Below, one piece after another: positions 51,745 to 63,650 of a DNA stretch of 64,000 nt. Position 1 is the stretch's first letter. Every line of letters starts with the position of its first letter. The stretch covers positions 2,418,001-2,482,000 of the forward strand of contig JAYWIR010000014.1 of NCBI GenBank assembly GCA_036172245.1, written 5' to 3'. A program made the position numbers and the translations under genes. The notes under the pieces are model-generated. The model saw nothing but the letters and a program-made list of their open reading frames with translations, ran no database searches and was not told where the DNA came from. This stretch comes from Raillietiella orientalis (taxonomy: Eukaryota).

Positions 51745-52464
51745 CTGCAGTAATCATGAATTGTGGCCGTAGAAGGCTGTTCTAGGTTTCGAAAGAGATG
51801 CTTCAGGACTTGATCTTATGGTGAGTTCCCACGAGTTCAGTCAGGTCCATAAATTATCCCGCGTTTCCAACATTGCGAGTGTCGAGAGGTGGGAATGCAA
51901 GGTGAGGGTAGAATCCAGGAAGGAAGGGCGGTCAGCATCAGCTACAGATTGTTTCCTTCCGACTGTAGGATGTGAAGATTTGCGTTTACGCCGCCAAGTG
52001 GGTCCACCGCCGTCTACCCTTTAGCGAAGACGATTCTTCTTGTTTGGGGGAAAACCGTGAATGCTGCGTGAAGCGCTGTTGCTTGCATAGCCCCTTCCCC
52101 CCCTTCCCTTTTTCTGTTGTCGATTTTCTGCACTTTTCGATTGCGGCAGGCATCTACCCTTTGTGATCCCTGATCGTGTGTTTTGCTCCCAATGTGGAAC
52201 GGTGGTAGAAGAAGACTAACTGTGCACCACATGTGGAGAAAGTGCGAACATGCCTCCTTATCACACGTGACCCAGTGTCACGTTCTCTGTTTCTCTTTCT
52301 ACGTTCTGGTTGTTTTTCTTTCTTTCTTTCTTTTTTAGACAGAGCATTGGATGTTTATGCTGGTATTCCTATTCAAACCTCCATCTTCCGGTATCACGCC
52401 CCTCCTCAGGAGTACCAGAATGTTAGCAAGGTTCTCGGGTACTGCTGACTCTTGCTACTTTTCT

Positions 52465-52960
52465 CTACCGAAGAACGGACGTCGTTACCTCCTTTTCCAG
52501 CACTCCTCTTCTCCTGAGCTTCGCATCTTCGAATGAAGTGCATCAAACCATGTGTAAACTAGTGGTTCCCTCCTCTAGATTCGGCATTTCCGTTATTCGA
52601 TTTTTGTTTCTCTTCTGGTGAATCCATGGGACACGGATGCCGATCTTCCCCACAGTTCTTTCGAAATCCTATTCCGTCTTTGTACCGGACCATTGCTAAA
52701 GTGATAGACCAGTGGTGGTGAATTGCAGATCAAAGGTCTTCCTTCCCGGATGCTGTTTATTCCCCCGTGCTGCTCGCTGAAACAGATCTAATGAAATTCT
52801 CCAAAGCGCAATTTTGCTCTGATACTCTGCGGATAAAAGAATAATAAAGAACAGTTAAAAAAAAAAAAGGCCTGGGAAGTTTGCGCGCAGAAATACCGTT
52901 TGAAATCAGAGAGGGTGCAACTTAACAGCAGATACTTCTGACTCTTTTGTTTTCAGCTTG

Positions 52961-52993
<33 letters not shown>

Positions 52994-55900
52994 CCTTTTC
53001 TCTCTCTGCTTTCTGTCTGGCTGCTCTGCATCACGTTTTCCTTTGCGATTTTTGCAGCAAGATATCAATCCTGCGTGCATGTGTCACGTGCACAGCGTCG
53101 GTGGAGTCTGTATCGCAGCCCGTGCTGGTGCCTGTGACAACGGTGCTCTCTTGAACGAGAACACGCCAAGTGAACTCGATTGGGCAATCCACGCCGAAGA
53201 GGCAACCTTGAGTGGAGGATATCATGCCGCTTCCGATCAAAGCCCTGAAATTGGTCTTTTCGGAAAACCATGTCTTGGCAGCGGACATTTTTGTCTTGGG
53301 ACTTTTAGGGGAACCTGCGCTTTTTATCCTTTTAGACGTGTAGGTGCTTCCAGAGTTGTATGGTTTCTTGCTGCTGAGATGCAGGACGCTCCTGGTTTTC
53401 TAAAAGTCATTCTGATTTAGAGAAGAGGGAGAGAGAGAGAGAGAAATCCGATTGCTACGAATCCATTTAGTTCATCAACTGGAATCTGTGTTCCTTTTTC
53501 TGGCAAACGTTTCCTACGAGTACCTCGTTAATTCTTAATGGCTGAGTTCTGCAGTGGCGATAAAGTGAAAGATATTTTCGAAACGTTTTACAATTAATTT
53601 AGTTTCTATAATTTCACCCTACTCTATAAGTTTTTTGTTTGTCCATTCATTCGTCGTCATACTTCTTTCCATTTATTACTCTCCGCTTGCTTTTAGTTCT
53701 CCATTCTTAACGACCTTTCCCATTGCTTACCCTCTTTGTTGAATCCATCATTCTCTTGTCTGATGATTCACGTCGTCGTAGGAGCCTTTAAAATCCGGTC
53801 ATTGGTCAACCCTCGTCTATTGGATAGATACTGCCCCTTTAAATGATCCTAACCCACAGCAGCATCTCCTCAGGGTGATGCGTTGAAAGAATGCTTGTAA
53901 TGGTCTGCTCCAGCATCGCGTGTCTCTCTATATTCCGTCACTCGTGATGATCTTGGGTGAGGTTGATCATGGATTTGCTGTGTGTCTGTGGAGTAGCTCC
54001 GTGTGCATCGAGTAGTTATGAATTTATGGATTGGCTGTGAACTTAGAGATAGGGTAAGCTGATTCCACTTTACATGTGCATTGTGCTGGTTGTCCGTGTC
54101 TTATCAATGGCGTCGCGAATAACAGCCATGCACAATCACGTTCTCTACCCCGGAGAAGGAAGCGGGTTTCTTTTCTTTGCCATTACTTTCGGAACTATTA
54201 CGCTTTTATCACTCTCGTTCATTAACACTGCTTGAAGACTTTTATAATTTAATGCGACATCGATTCTGGTTTTTGCGTGGGTGCTCCGAATGCCCAAGAA
54301 GCACCCATGTGTTTCCCTGTACGAATAGAGGTTATCATCGACATGGTCTTCTGCGCTTATTCTGCTTTCTGTTGCCCTTAAAGAGGAAAAGGCCAGAGTT
54401 TTATTTCGAGATGCGGGATGAAATCGCATCACGACGTTTTGCGAAATGAAAACAAGACCGAAGCAGAACTGTTATTCCGGCGGTTGATTGGAACTGCTGG
54501 AAGGCGATGATGACAGAAACTCACGGTTTGTTTTGAAATCCAATAAAAGTTAAAAAAAAGAAAAAAAAGACCTGAAATAAGGTGTGCCCCTTGGTCTCGG
54601 AAGCAGAACAACTCTCCTCGCCCTTTGTGCTCGTTGTCACTGCAAATCTTGAAGCTTGATTACATCCTCAGACACCCTCTGCTCTTCCGGACAATAAGCT
54701 ATTGAGGTTTCTACATGTTTCTTTTGTCCAGTTCAATCGGTGCTTAATACTCACGACTTTGAGAGCTAGAAAACTCTTCCTGTGCTTCTTGCCGAATGTC
54801 AACTGCAAGAAAATGAGCGGAAAATCAGAGACAGGACCGTGGTGTCTTCTGTCTCTTCGGCTTTTTTTCCTATATGGAGCAACAACATCAACAAAGGAAG
54901 GCGAATACGGACGCGCAAACACCAAAGAGATGGAAAGGGGAATTTGAACAGGATGGGGAAGAGGACCAGTCTCTCTGACCGGTGGAACGGAGAGAACACC
55001 ATCTATGGGATTGCAAACATGCATTCTAAATTCACGCATCGCATCCAGGAAGCGATGATGTCAAGCGAACTGGAAAGTGACTCACGGTCGGGTCCTATCG
55101 AATGCCTTTCCGCAGCCAAATGCATCGTACGGCGTCGATTGCTTCCTTCCAGCATCGATGGTGGGATACCGAGACATTCTTTAGATATGAGGTGAAACCT
55201 CGGAATGCCCGTCTCTCTCCCTCTCCCTCTTCGTACGCACAGAAACAGAGATCAAAGCGAGTCGACGTCACGTTTTTCCTTCGCCTCAGATAAGATACTT
55301 CTCCTCTCTCGCTTTGTTCTGACTTCGAGAGATGCAGCACTTCCGGCCACCGCCTTTCGTCCCTTGCGATTTCATAGCAGCGTTCAAACAAGCCAACCCT
55401 CCCGTGTCCCAGCGTTTCACGGCCAGGGTTTCCCCAGCTTGCTGAGATATTTTGCAGTGCAGGCCTGCAAGAAAACGGATAAGAGTGACAGTGATCTCTG
55501 TGACTTCACGAATACTGTAGCAGTTAGGCCATGAATACAATAGTTAAACCAGCAAAAGAAATCTTCCTCGTTGGTTGATCCCATCTGGTGCTTTTAGCTA
55601 ATTCTTTCCCCATAGTTCAGGTTCCAATTCCAAATCCTTCTGCAACCGTTTTCCAGTTGTGCAATCCAGAAATCTCAGGAATTCCCAGTTGGTTCCTCCT
55701 CTGTCTTCGTTTCTCTTTGTGCTCTACCAGTCTTTTAACTCCAGGCAAACTCCTGGGATTTCTCGTATGGCGCCTCAGCATTCATTTGTGTGTCCCCTTC
55801 CGTGCCCTTCATTCCGTAGTATGCGATGTCCCTCGCTTCCGAATCTCGTGTTCCTTGTTGAGATTTTTTTTTTCTTTTTGTCTTCTAGTGTTTCTTGGTT

Positions 55901-56300
55901 GAGAATGACTTACTCCGTAGTGTTGCTCTTCCTTACCTCTTCTCTGTGTCCGACATCGCGCGCATCTGGAAAAAAAGAAAATGGTTTGTAAGCCACGTGA
56001 ACTCTTCATACGTGGAAGGTTCCGTCAACGAGGTGCTTCCTACTATGCCTTTCCAGCTACTTCGTCCTCAGTTTCATGGATGGTACTGGGAGTGCAACGA
56101 TTGCTTCTGATCCCGAAACGCCAGTGGTCACCACTGTCGAAGATTTTCTGACTCGGATGAAATCAAAACGAATCTCTTCAGATTCTCGAGAAAATCAACT
56201 CCTCTCTCGAAGATGATGTGTAGCCATGCAAACTTCCTACAGTGACTTCCGAAGCAGCGTGGAGTCCTCAGCGGGACGAGTTGCTTTCTTTGTTGTTGTT
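52465..56300 (-). pseudogene. Protein-primed PolB remnant, element B, with VSR-like nuclease insert
   Basis: In order: ERGVDFLENL, GFTSY, LDII / LPG, RLPAVPINRR, ESRISAEDHVDD..ETHGCFLG (~54290-54370), QCTCKV..KF..P*IHN, LGSFKG, ETIQL / GSTY, CPIEFTWRVL, CDTDS (53103-53114), PGRKTF, and C-terminal RRGVLEKEVTTSVL (KR.VL.DG..T.PL-like) before TAG at 52467-52465. Confidence 0.75.
52961..53008. repeat. (CT)n microsatellite
   Basis: Direct observation. Confidence 0.9.
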
Positions 56301-57699
56301 GTTTGCGTTCTTCCTTTGTGCACGTTAACGTGCGTGCGTGCGTGCGTGTTTGTGAGCATGCGCACACCTGTGTAAATGAATGAGGTAATGAATGAGATGT
56401 GAAACATGGGTCTTTGAGAAGGCAGATTTTCCCCTGCGAAGAGGGAGAGTAGCAGAGTGTAAGCAATGAATGCTACTCTGTGGTCTGTGGGCACTTTGAA
56501 GAGGGGGCGAGAACCACGGAGAAGATGTGGTGAGTTTAATAGCGTCGAAGCGTTAGGTAACCTGGAGGGTTGACTTCCTCCCCCCCCTCGCCCCCCTCCC
56601 CCTAAAAAAACCCTTGCGTTGTGTTTGTTTTTGTTACGTTCATCTTACGAAGCTCGGATATAAAAGAGGATCACGAGGTGAAGCCCAACGTAAGAAGCGT
56701 GCGTTTCGATGGGAAGGTTGTTGTGGTGCTATCAACGGATCTGCGGTTTATCCTGCGGGGCGGCATTTCTGATCGATGCAGATCAAAGTAGGCGATGATT
56801 CAGAGACCTGTTGGAGAAATTCGCGCAACTCTGACCACCCGTTGCAGTGTGGCTCCGAAGCAGGATTTGCCTACCAGAAGCTGAAACGCTCTCGAACCCC
56901 GACTCCCGACTTCTGCAAGTCAGTACAACCGTTTTCGAGATGGATGTTTGTTTTGCCAAGAGGCTGATTGCAAGCGCTTGAGTAGCCCGCGGCTCAGTTC
57001 TCCTAAGTTGAGGTCGGTGCTTTTTTGAGGATCCTGAGCTTCCGAAAGCAGCGAAAAGGTGAACAACTGGTGCGTTCAGACTCTCATCGAAAGTGCGTGT
57101 TGACCTGGGAGCTGCAGTCGTTGTTTCTACATTTTTTTTTGTTTCTGTTGTCATGCTCCTATTCCTGCTTTTCTCTTCACATAGAGCGAACATCTGAATT
57201 ACTCTACGTAGAAACACCCTTCTCGATGAAGACCTCCTCTCTGATGAGTGATGAAGCTACTGAAGTGAATGCTTGTGTGTCTTTCTTTTTGTCATCATTT
57301 CTTCAGCAGATTCTAATGGGTGCCTTCTGCTTCCACCTAAACGGAGCTGCGATGCCAAGGAACTGTGCGTGCATCCTCCACTGTCGTTCCCATAGTCTGC
57401 TGCGACTCTTGCCAAAGGCAACACTTTCTGTCCCAGCATTGGATTATCTTGCACTCGCATAGGTCACCGGCTTTCGTTTGCTTTGCTGGACCTCAAAACA
57501 GAATGGAAAGGTTCTTTGCCATATTGCTGCCCCAGTCGGCAGGCTATGACGACATAGTACCATCACGTTGCTGTGCTTGGCGGAAAGTGAAGGTCTTTGT
57601 TCTCCTCTGCACGGCATGGCGATTTCAATCCGTCCTGATCAGTTACAACTCTTCCACGGAAACGAGCGGAATTTTTTGTGGTCTTCATCTGGTGATTCG

Positions 57700-57905
57700 T
57701 TGCGACTGCTTGGGCACTCATCACTTTTGATCTCTGCCTTTTGCTTCTCTGTCCAGATAGACAGCTTGAGTACGTTTCGCTCATTCATGCAAAGATACGC
57801 CATGAATGGACGACGGCGCAACCATATGGCGCCCACGCTGTCGGAAGTAACAGAACAGGGGTGCAGTGACTGTGCAGTTTTCGCGTTGCATCTCGCGTTT
57901 CGAAG
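57700..57905 (+). pseudogene. Clan CE cysteine protease remnant (adenain/Ulp1-like), element B
   Basis: LGHSSLLI (G.HW-like), VQIDSL and EQGCSDCAVFALHLA (57853-57897) lie in one frame. Confidence 0.55.
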
Positions 57906-58194
57906 GTACCCGGAATTCAGCACGCGGATTGAGGCGCCCAAGACTCTGCTTGGTCTTTCAGCTTGTTGGAAATTGGAACTGGGTGCAAACGCCCAGCAGA
58001 AGACGCACCGTGAAGAAATTTCTTGCGTTTTCCAGAGAATAGAAGAATGAAAGCTAAGAAGCATTTACTCTCATCCTCAGCTTCCTGATGAGTGGCTGAA
58101 CCAAACCGATCTGAACGTGTTGCCCGTGAGAATTTCATTTCAGCACGATTTTGTTCTTTTTCTTTGCATTGGAAAGTCGATCGTCACGTATTTT

Positions 58195-58720
58195 TTTGTT
58201 CGCCTTTGGTGATCTTGCATTGGCCGGTAAACCTTTTTCTGGGAAAAGCAGGAACTGTAAAGAGCGGAGACTGCCTGCAGCGATCACAACGATCCATCTG
58301 TTGTGCTTTCTCGCTACAGTTCCTCCTTACAAACCCTTCTGGGTTGGTTATCTTCGTTACTACTTCCCGGACCGCTTTGGTGGGGGCTGTCATGCGCATA
58401 AACTACTTCTGCTATCTTCGTGAAGTTCGGTTCTGGGCACTCATGCAGAAGACTTTCCATCCGCAGTTTGGAGTGTCTGGATGCTCTGCCAAATGAATGC
58501 GAGAAACGCAGAGGAGCGCGGGCGCGATTCATGGGGCACAGTACCATTCTGAGAACGTTGTTCCCATGATTGTGATCTCTGCTAAGTGCCTCGTGTGTCT
58601 GCGTGAACACATGCTTTAGTGTGTTGTCATGAAAATAAATTGTGCCCCACGAGAAGAATTGCTCCTGTGGCACATGTCCTTCACGGACACAGACCGCCGG
58701 ATTAGTAGTCTCTTCTTATT
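58195..58720 (+). pseudogene. A32/FtsK-like packaging ATPase remnant, element B
   Basis: ILHWPVNLFLGKAGTVKS (Walker A with one G mutated, ~58240-58265), PSGLVIF (Walker B context), ALMQKTF (Q.F motif) and PREELLL..DRRISSLF. Confidence 0.6.
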
Positions 58721-59129
58721 GGGAGTCATTGGGTCATTTGCAGGGGCTGGTGTGAAAGGTGAAAATTTCTGCCATGTTTTGAAATGGAGTCCTCAGAGTT
58801 TCATTCTTACATTCAGGAGCATGCAAGCGTCCTTATATTTAAGCTGTAGCTTCATGCCGGCGACTAATAACGTTGGGAGGAACACACCTTATCATGATTA
58901 AGGATAGAAAAGATGCTTTATCTATTAAATAAAATCAAACTTATGGAAGAACGTCTGCTTGAAGCAAAGTTGCAATCCTCAAAGGGGTTTGTTTGTAGCG
59001 TTCTCTGTAGGGAATCACTGTAAGGTGGTCGTCTAGGTGAGTTAGAAGATTTCTCTCCAGGGAAAGGAAGATGGCTTTTCATGATTAACAAAGAGCGTTT
59101 GATCAGATTCTCTGCTGCCAGAAATGGTA

Positions 59130-60280
59130 ACGAGAAAGCCAGTGATTTTTGCTCTGGGAATGGAAAAACCTAGGAAATTCGACGCTCTCAATACGGGATA
59201 AAAGAATAGTAGAAATCAGTTGTAGATGATTGGCGGATGCCCTGTTTGGTTCCTTATTCACAGAATCCATGCTGTATTTAGATTCTGAGATTATTGAAGC
59301 AGTGATGGTTTGTGAAGCCGATGAAATAATCGAGCGAAAAGGCCGCATGCTCCAAGGATAAAACCGATAAGAGGACGAGCACGGTATGCACATAGGAGAC
59401 TGCTGGCTGACGCAGCGCACACGTGCTTTGTCTTTTTTTGATTTTTTTATTTATTGTGCGCCTCTGCTAAACAGAGGAGTGGAAGGAGGAGTGAGAATGA
59501 CATGAATAACTCACCTCCTGTTGGTTGGCTGTCAACTGTTGCAAAATTTTGTCTACTAGCTTTCAGTTCATCTCTTTACCATCTTTCACTGAAGGATTCT
59601 GCCTTCCTCAGGACAAACTAATGCAGCGTCGTTGGTCATCATGACTTGTTTTGATGCCTTTAAAAGATGAAAAGTAATTGGGGATTGCAAAGCGTACTCG
59701 ATTCGCAGCCAGTTTATCCTCGTTAGCTCGTGGCTGGGAACGCGAGAGCATCTGCCATCTACTATGGCAACACGCGTTCTTTGCTCACGTTGAAGCATGC
59801 AGGGTACTTCTTCCTGTCCCCCGGTTTTCTCTGTTTCCTGTGCTACTCGCGAAGCCTTCTGCCTTTAGTGAGGAAGGAAAGAAATTCTTTGTTCTTCGGA
59901 CTGTCAGATATTCGCTGTCCTCATCCAGCCAGGTTTCCTGGACGCTGGGATCTCCACTTCGGTGCAAATCACTCGCAAAGCTACCCCTCCTCCTCTTCCC
60001 TTTTCCTTCTTGAGTAGCGTCTTGCCAGCTCGCGATGATCTGGTAGTTTCCTGATTAAGCCGGAGCCATTATCGTGACCCCTTGCTAGTCGTCGAAACCT
60101 AAATACAGAGCGTTTCTTTCCTTTCAGCGCATCTTTTCAACACTTGCAATCTTGAGTGGGATGGAAATCTCTTGGTAGGGATGCCAAGAACTTGTTTTCC
60201 CTTGCTTCACTTATTATCCAAACATTTTGTGAATTGATGTATCCGATATCTGAGATCGCCCTAGGCTCTAATGTGCGAAT
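59130..60280 (+). pseudogene. Major capsid remnant 1, element B
   Basis: PVIFAL / NLGNSTLSI, GSLFTESMLYLDSEI, FCLPQDKLM, LDSQPVYP and RAFLSF..MEISW..FPCFTYYP. Confidence 0.5.
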
Positions 60281-60699
60281 TTATCGTGTGTAATAAATAG
60301 GTTTCCTAATTTATTTATTTTTTACCTTCTTCGTTTGTCAGACATCGATGTCACGCCGATCCCCCTTTTTTTTTCCTTCCACGTTTCAAATAAGACAATT
60401 GAGATGCGAGTGCACAGAGTTTCTGAAAAATCGAGACCCTTAAAGTATCACGTGCGATTGATATGCGACCTCATCGCTGCTAGGTCTTGATGCAGCGAGT
60501 CGTCTCTCGCTCCTTCTTTTTTTTTTTTTTTTCTTTTTTTTTTTTTTTTACTGTTTGCCTCGAGTCTTTCGCGTAAGAGAAGTCGAATGGAGGTGCGTGT
60601 GGAAACGGAATTTTTCTCCTTATGTTAAGAAAAAAAAAGGCTCTTTTGTGCTTGTTTGTTTGCATTTCGTCCTTCCTCGACACGCGTCGCCCCACTGCA

Positions 60700-61177
60700 C
60701 CGGATAAACCGGTCTGCCACCGTCTGAAAACGTGGATGGATGGATTCTCTAAAATCTACTGTGTGGGAGCAGAACGTTCTCCAGATCTGTGTCCGTCATA
60801 CAACACCGTGCAACCTGAACGCTGGGATTCCTCGCCTTCCACTGCTTCTCGCCTTTGTCCGCACCTGCCCTTCTTGCGAGAGAGTTCCTGCTGGTGTGTG
60901 CGCGCAAACCCAATCCCGGAATCACGTGCTCCTTTTTCCAAGGCAGCAGCAGCAACGAGATAAGCGAACGCGTGTCTTCACGGTAGATTTCTGCTCTCGG
61001 GAAGGCATCGACTCGACGTTTCCGTCCCGAGTTGCCGGATTTTATGCGCGATTTCGTGTGATCATTCGAGTCGATTCCTCTCCCGCAGCCTCGCACTCGG
61101 ATCCGAACGTTCCGATATCTGTGGTTGTCATGCCAAATGCAGATAAGATTGATCATTCAGGTGCGTACCGTTCCTAG
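60700..61177 (+). pseudogene. Major capsid remnant 2 (C-terminal half), element B
   Basis: CVRANPIP, RVFTVDFCS and PISVVVMPNADKIDHS*. Confidence 0.4.
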
Positions 61178-61234
61178 GCGTTCTCTCGGCAAATCTCTCG
61201 CCCAGACATCCTCCTGAGTCTCCTATCCGCCCAG

Positions 61235-61900
61235 TTATTTTGCCTCTCCAGTTCGAGCGACCCAGCAAGTGTTTTTTAAACGTTTTCCGATTTTCTTTTC
61301 TTCTCTTTTGTAGGATGTTTCCTCCCGGAGCAGTTTGCCTCTATTTCTCTCCGCGTTCTCCACCGTTCTTACTTTGATTTCCGTCCTCTGCCCCTTCACA
61401 ACCACAGGTTCTCTTATCAAGAGGTTAATCGAGCTGCAACCATTCGCCACTTCCAAAGAACATGGACGATTTTGATTCAACGTGTAGTGGATGGTGCGTG
61501 TTTTTTAATGGAAATAGCATCGTGTTTTCTAAATGGCAAGCACAGGACGGACGCAGTCAGGTTCAGGGAAATGCTGAACACTCTCGTCAGTGGCACGCCA
61601 GACTGAATAATTAGAACGGATAAGCAGACCCGGAATGCCCAATTCCTCCCATCTGACGAGCGCTTTTCCTGAGAGCTGGGAATCGGAGTAGAGCGATGCG
61701 TGCGCTTTATGTTTATGCTTTCCCTTTCAGGATGGGCCTCATTTGAAGACCCACCTAAGAGGTGCTTCTCCTCTTGTCAATGGCGTGGTTTCCCGTTAAA
61801 AGCGAACAAAAGCACCCAGAAGGAAATGTGTGCCTTTTAAAATCCTTCCTGAGAACCGGACGTTGCCATCCATTTTCTCAAGATCCCTATCTGCTGTTAA
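61235..61900 (-). pseudogene. rve integrase remnant, element B
   Basis: DLEKM, AID, RPILKGK, SDG, and C-terminal VENAERNRGKLLREE..KRLKNTCWVARTG (GE...G.FY.EEL / chromodomain-like). Confidence 0.45.
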
Positions 61901-62783
61901 CTTGCCTGTTTAAATGACTTGAGCTAATTTCCTCGGACTCCATATACTGGATGTTGCTATCTTTTATGTATGCTGATTCCAGATAATAATGGCAGGAGTA
62001 AACAACGCAGATTATTAATGAGTGGATGAGAAGCCTCGACTGTTTCTCTCTCTCTCTCTCTCACACACACACTATGGAACGCAGCATGTCAGCGTCCCAT
62101 AAGTCTTCTGTTTTCTTTAAAATTAAATCATGATAGTTCGCGGCTGTATTTTGCTCTAATGTCTTTGGAAAAGGCGACCTTGCTTTCTCTCTTGCTGTTT
62201 TCGGCTCATTATCGGAGAATTGACCCTTCATTTTATTTTATTTATTTATTTTTTTAAAAAGCGAAGATTCTCTTCTTTGCCTTTCACACGCAAGAGATAC
62301 TTCGCTTTCATCCGCATCGAGAAACGCTCAGTCATCCTTCTCTTCCGCGACGGAATCCTATTAAGGAATCTGGAGCAGCCTTACATGGTTATGAAAACGA
62401 TGTGTTTTACGTTGGTCATCCCTTTCACAAAATCCTCTCTCTACTTGTGCATCTTCATACCCGATTAGTTATGATTTTTGCAAATAATTGTCCGTCTCGT
62501 GTCCTTGAACAGCAAGAGCACATTAAGGAAAATAGTCCGAGGAAGTAGTGCAAATACAATCCGTCTTGAATTTATTAAGAGTTATCAAAAGTAGGACCAT
62601 CTGTTGTGTTTCACTTATTCTTTCCCAGTACATACCATTTCCGATCCCCTGCATCATGATCCCCGTATTAATGGAGCCGAGCCTTTTTTATCTATGCCAG
62701 ATGCTTCATTACATTATTTACATAATTTATTCATTGATTCCAACAGTTTATGTTTTCAAGAAAAATCCATGGTTTAATTTATT

Positions 62784-63650
62784 TTGACAAATAATTGCTT
62801 TATGGTGGCAGTAATAAACAAAGTTCGAAATCTTGCATTGTCAGAAATCCTTCATTTCGGTCCTGCATCTTCCGAACCAGATTATGTGGGGTACGCCCCA
62901 TGTGTTTCGCCTTCGGTTTTGGGATCTTCTGGAACCTCTCACAGAAAATATCCAAACTCCTCTTTCATCAGCTTCACCCATTTTGTGGCCATTTTTTATT
63001 TATTTCACTGCAAAATTTCGTTGCTTTTTTTTTGTGTGTGCGTATCTGTGTCTGTGTGACGTCGTCAAGCCTTCTGTACTCGAACGATTCAGTATTGAGA
63101 TGGAGAATGCAATGTGAGCCGATTATTTCCAGAAGATGCAGGAAATTCGGTGAGCCTCACATGACTTAGCTCACCGAATTTCTGTTTGTTAGATGATGGC
63201 TACCAAGAAGCAGCAGTGCCGCTCTTGTTGCAGCAGTTGCATCTGCTGCATGGCTACCGTGGAAACATTGGTCTATCGTTTACTAGCTGGATGCACACAA
63301 TGTAACTCTCCAGAGTCCTGATTCATCCTGCCATGGGTGTCGGGACGATTGATATTACTTGTTGCGACTTTTTGATTTCCTCTCTGTGACATGAGAGGTT
63401 CGTTATGAAAATTAGACCGAATCCTGTCTAAAGAGTTGTGTGTGGGTGTTTCTCTCGCAGTTATTCTTGAAGCACAGGAGACCCACCTTAGAGAGTCTCT
63501 CGTTCCAGCATCCGTTGTGATTCACATTCTCGTACGACTAGTTCGGTTCTCCGTTATTCCATCCTTGCTAAAGCGAGACCGTCCTTATGGAACTCCTGAT
63601 AGATCAAGCAACAGCATTTTGAGAAATGCAGACTGTCCCCATGTGTGCTA
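62784..63650 (+). pseudogene. Possible minor capsid remnant, element B
   Basis: NNCFMV..VRNLALSEI (VAL.EI-like) and SLVPASVV..LVRLV. Confidence 0.3.
63142..63182. repeat. Perfect 14-bp inverted repeat, 13-nt loop
   Basis: GAAATTCGGTGAGC (63142-63155) and GCTCACCGAATTTC (63169-63182). Confidence 0.9.

Larger units (their letters stand above)
52465..63650. mobile_element. Decayed Polinton/Maverick (adintovirus-like) element B
   Basis: pPolB(-), protease(+), ATPase(+), MCP(+) x2, integrase(-) and minor capsid(+). It may run off the window end. Confidence 0.68.

Noticed and set aside
52624..52647. PWDTDADL resembling the LicD/fukutin PWDxDxD motif
   Set aside because: Isolated word with no flanking homology, antisense to the pPolB B C-terminus.
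53180..53300. HAE-x23-PCLGS on plus resembling a zinc deaminase motif
   Set aside because: The last Cys is missing, and the opposite strand carries the pPolB motif B-to-DTDS region with much more supporting context.
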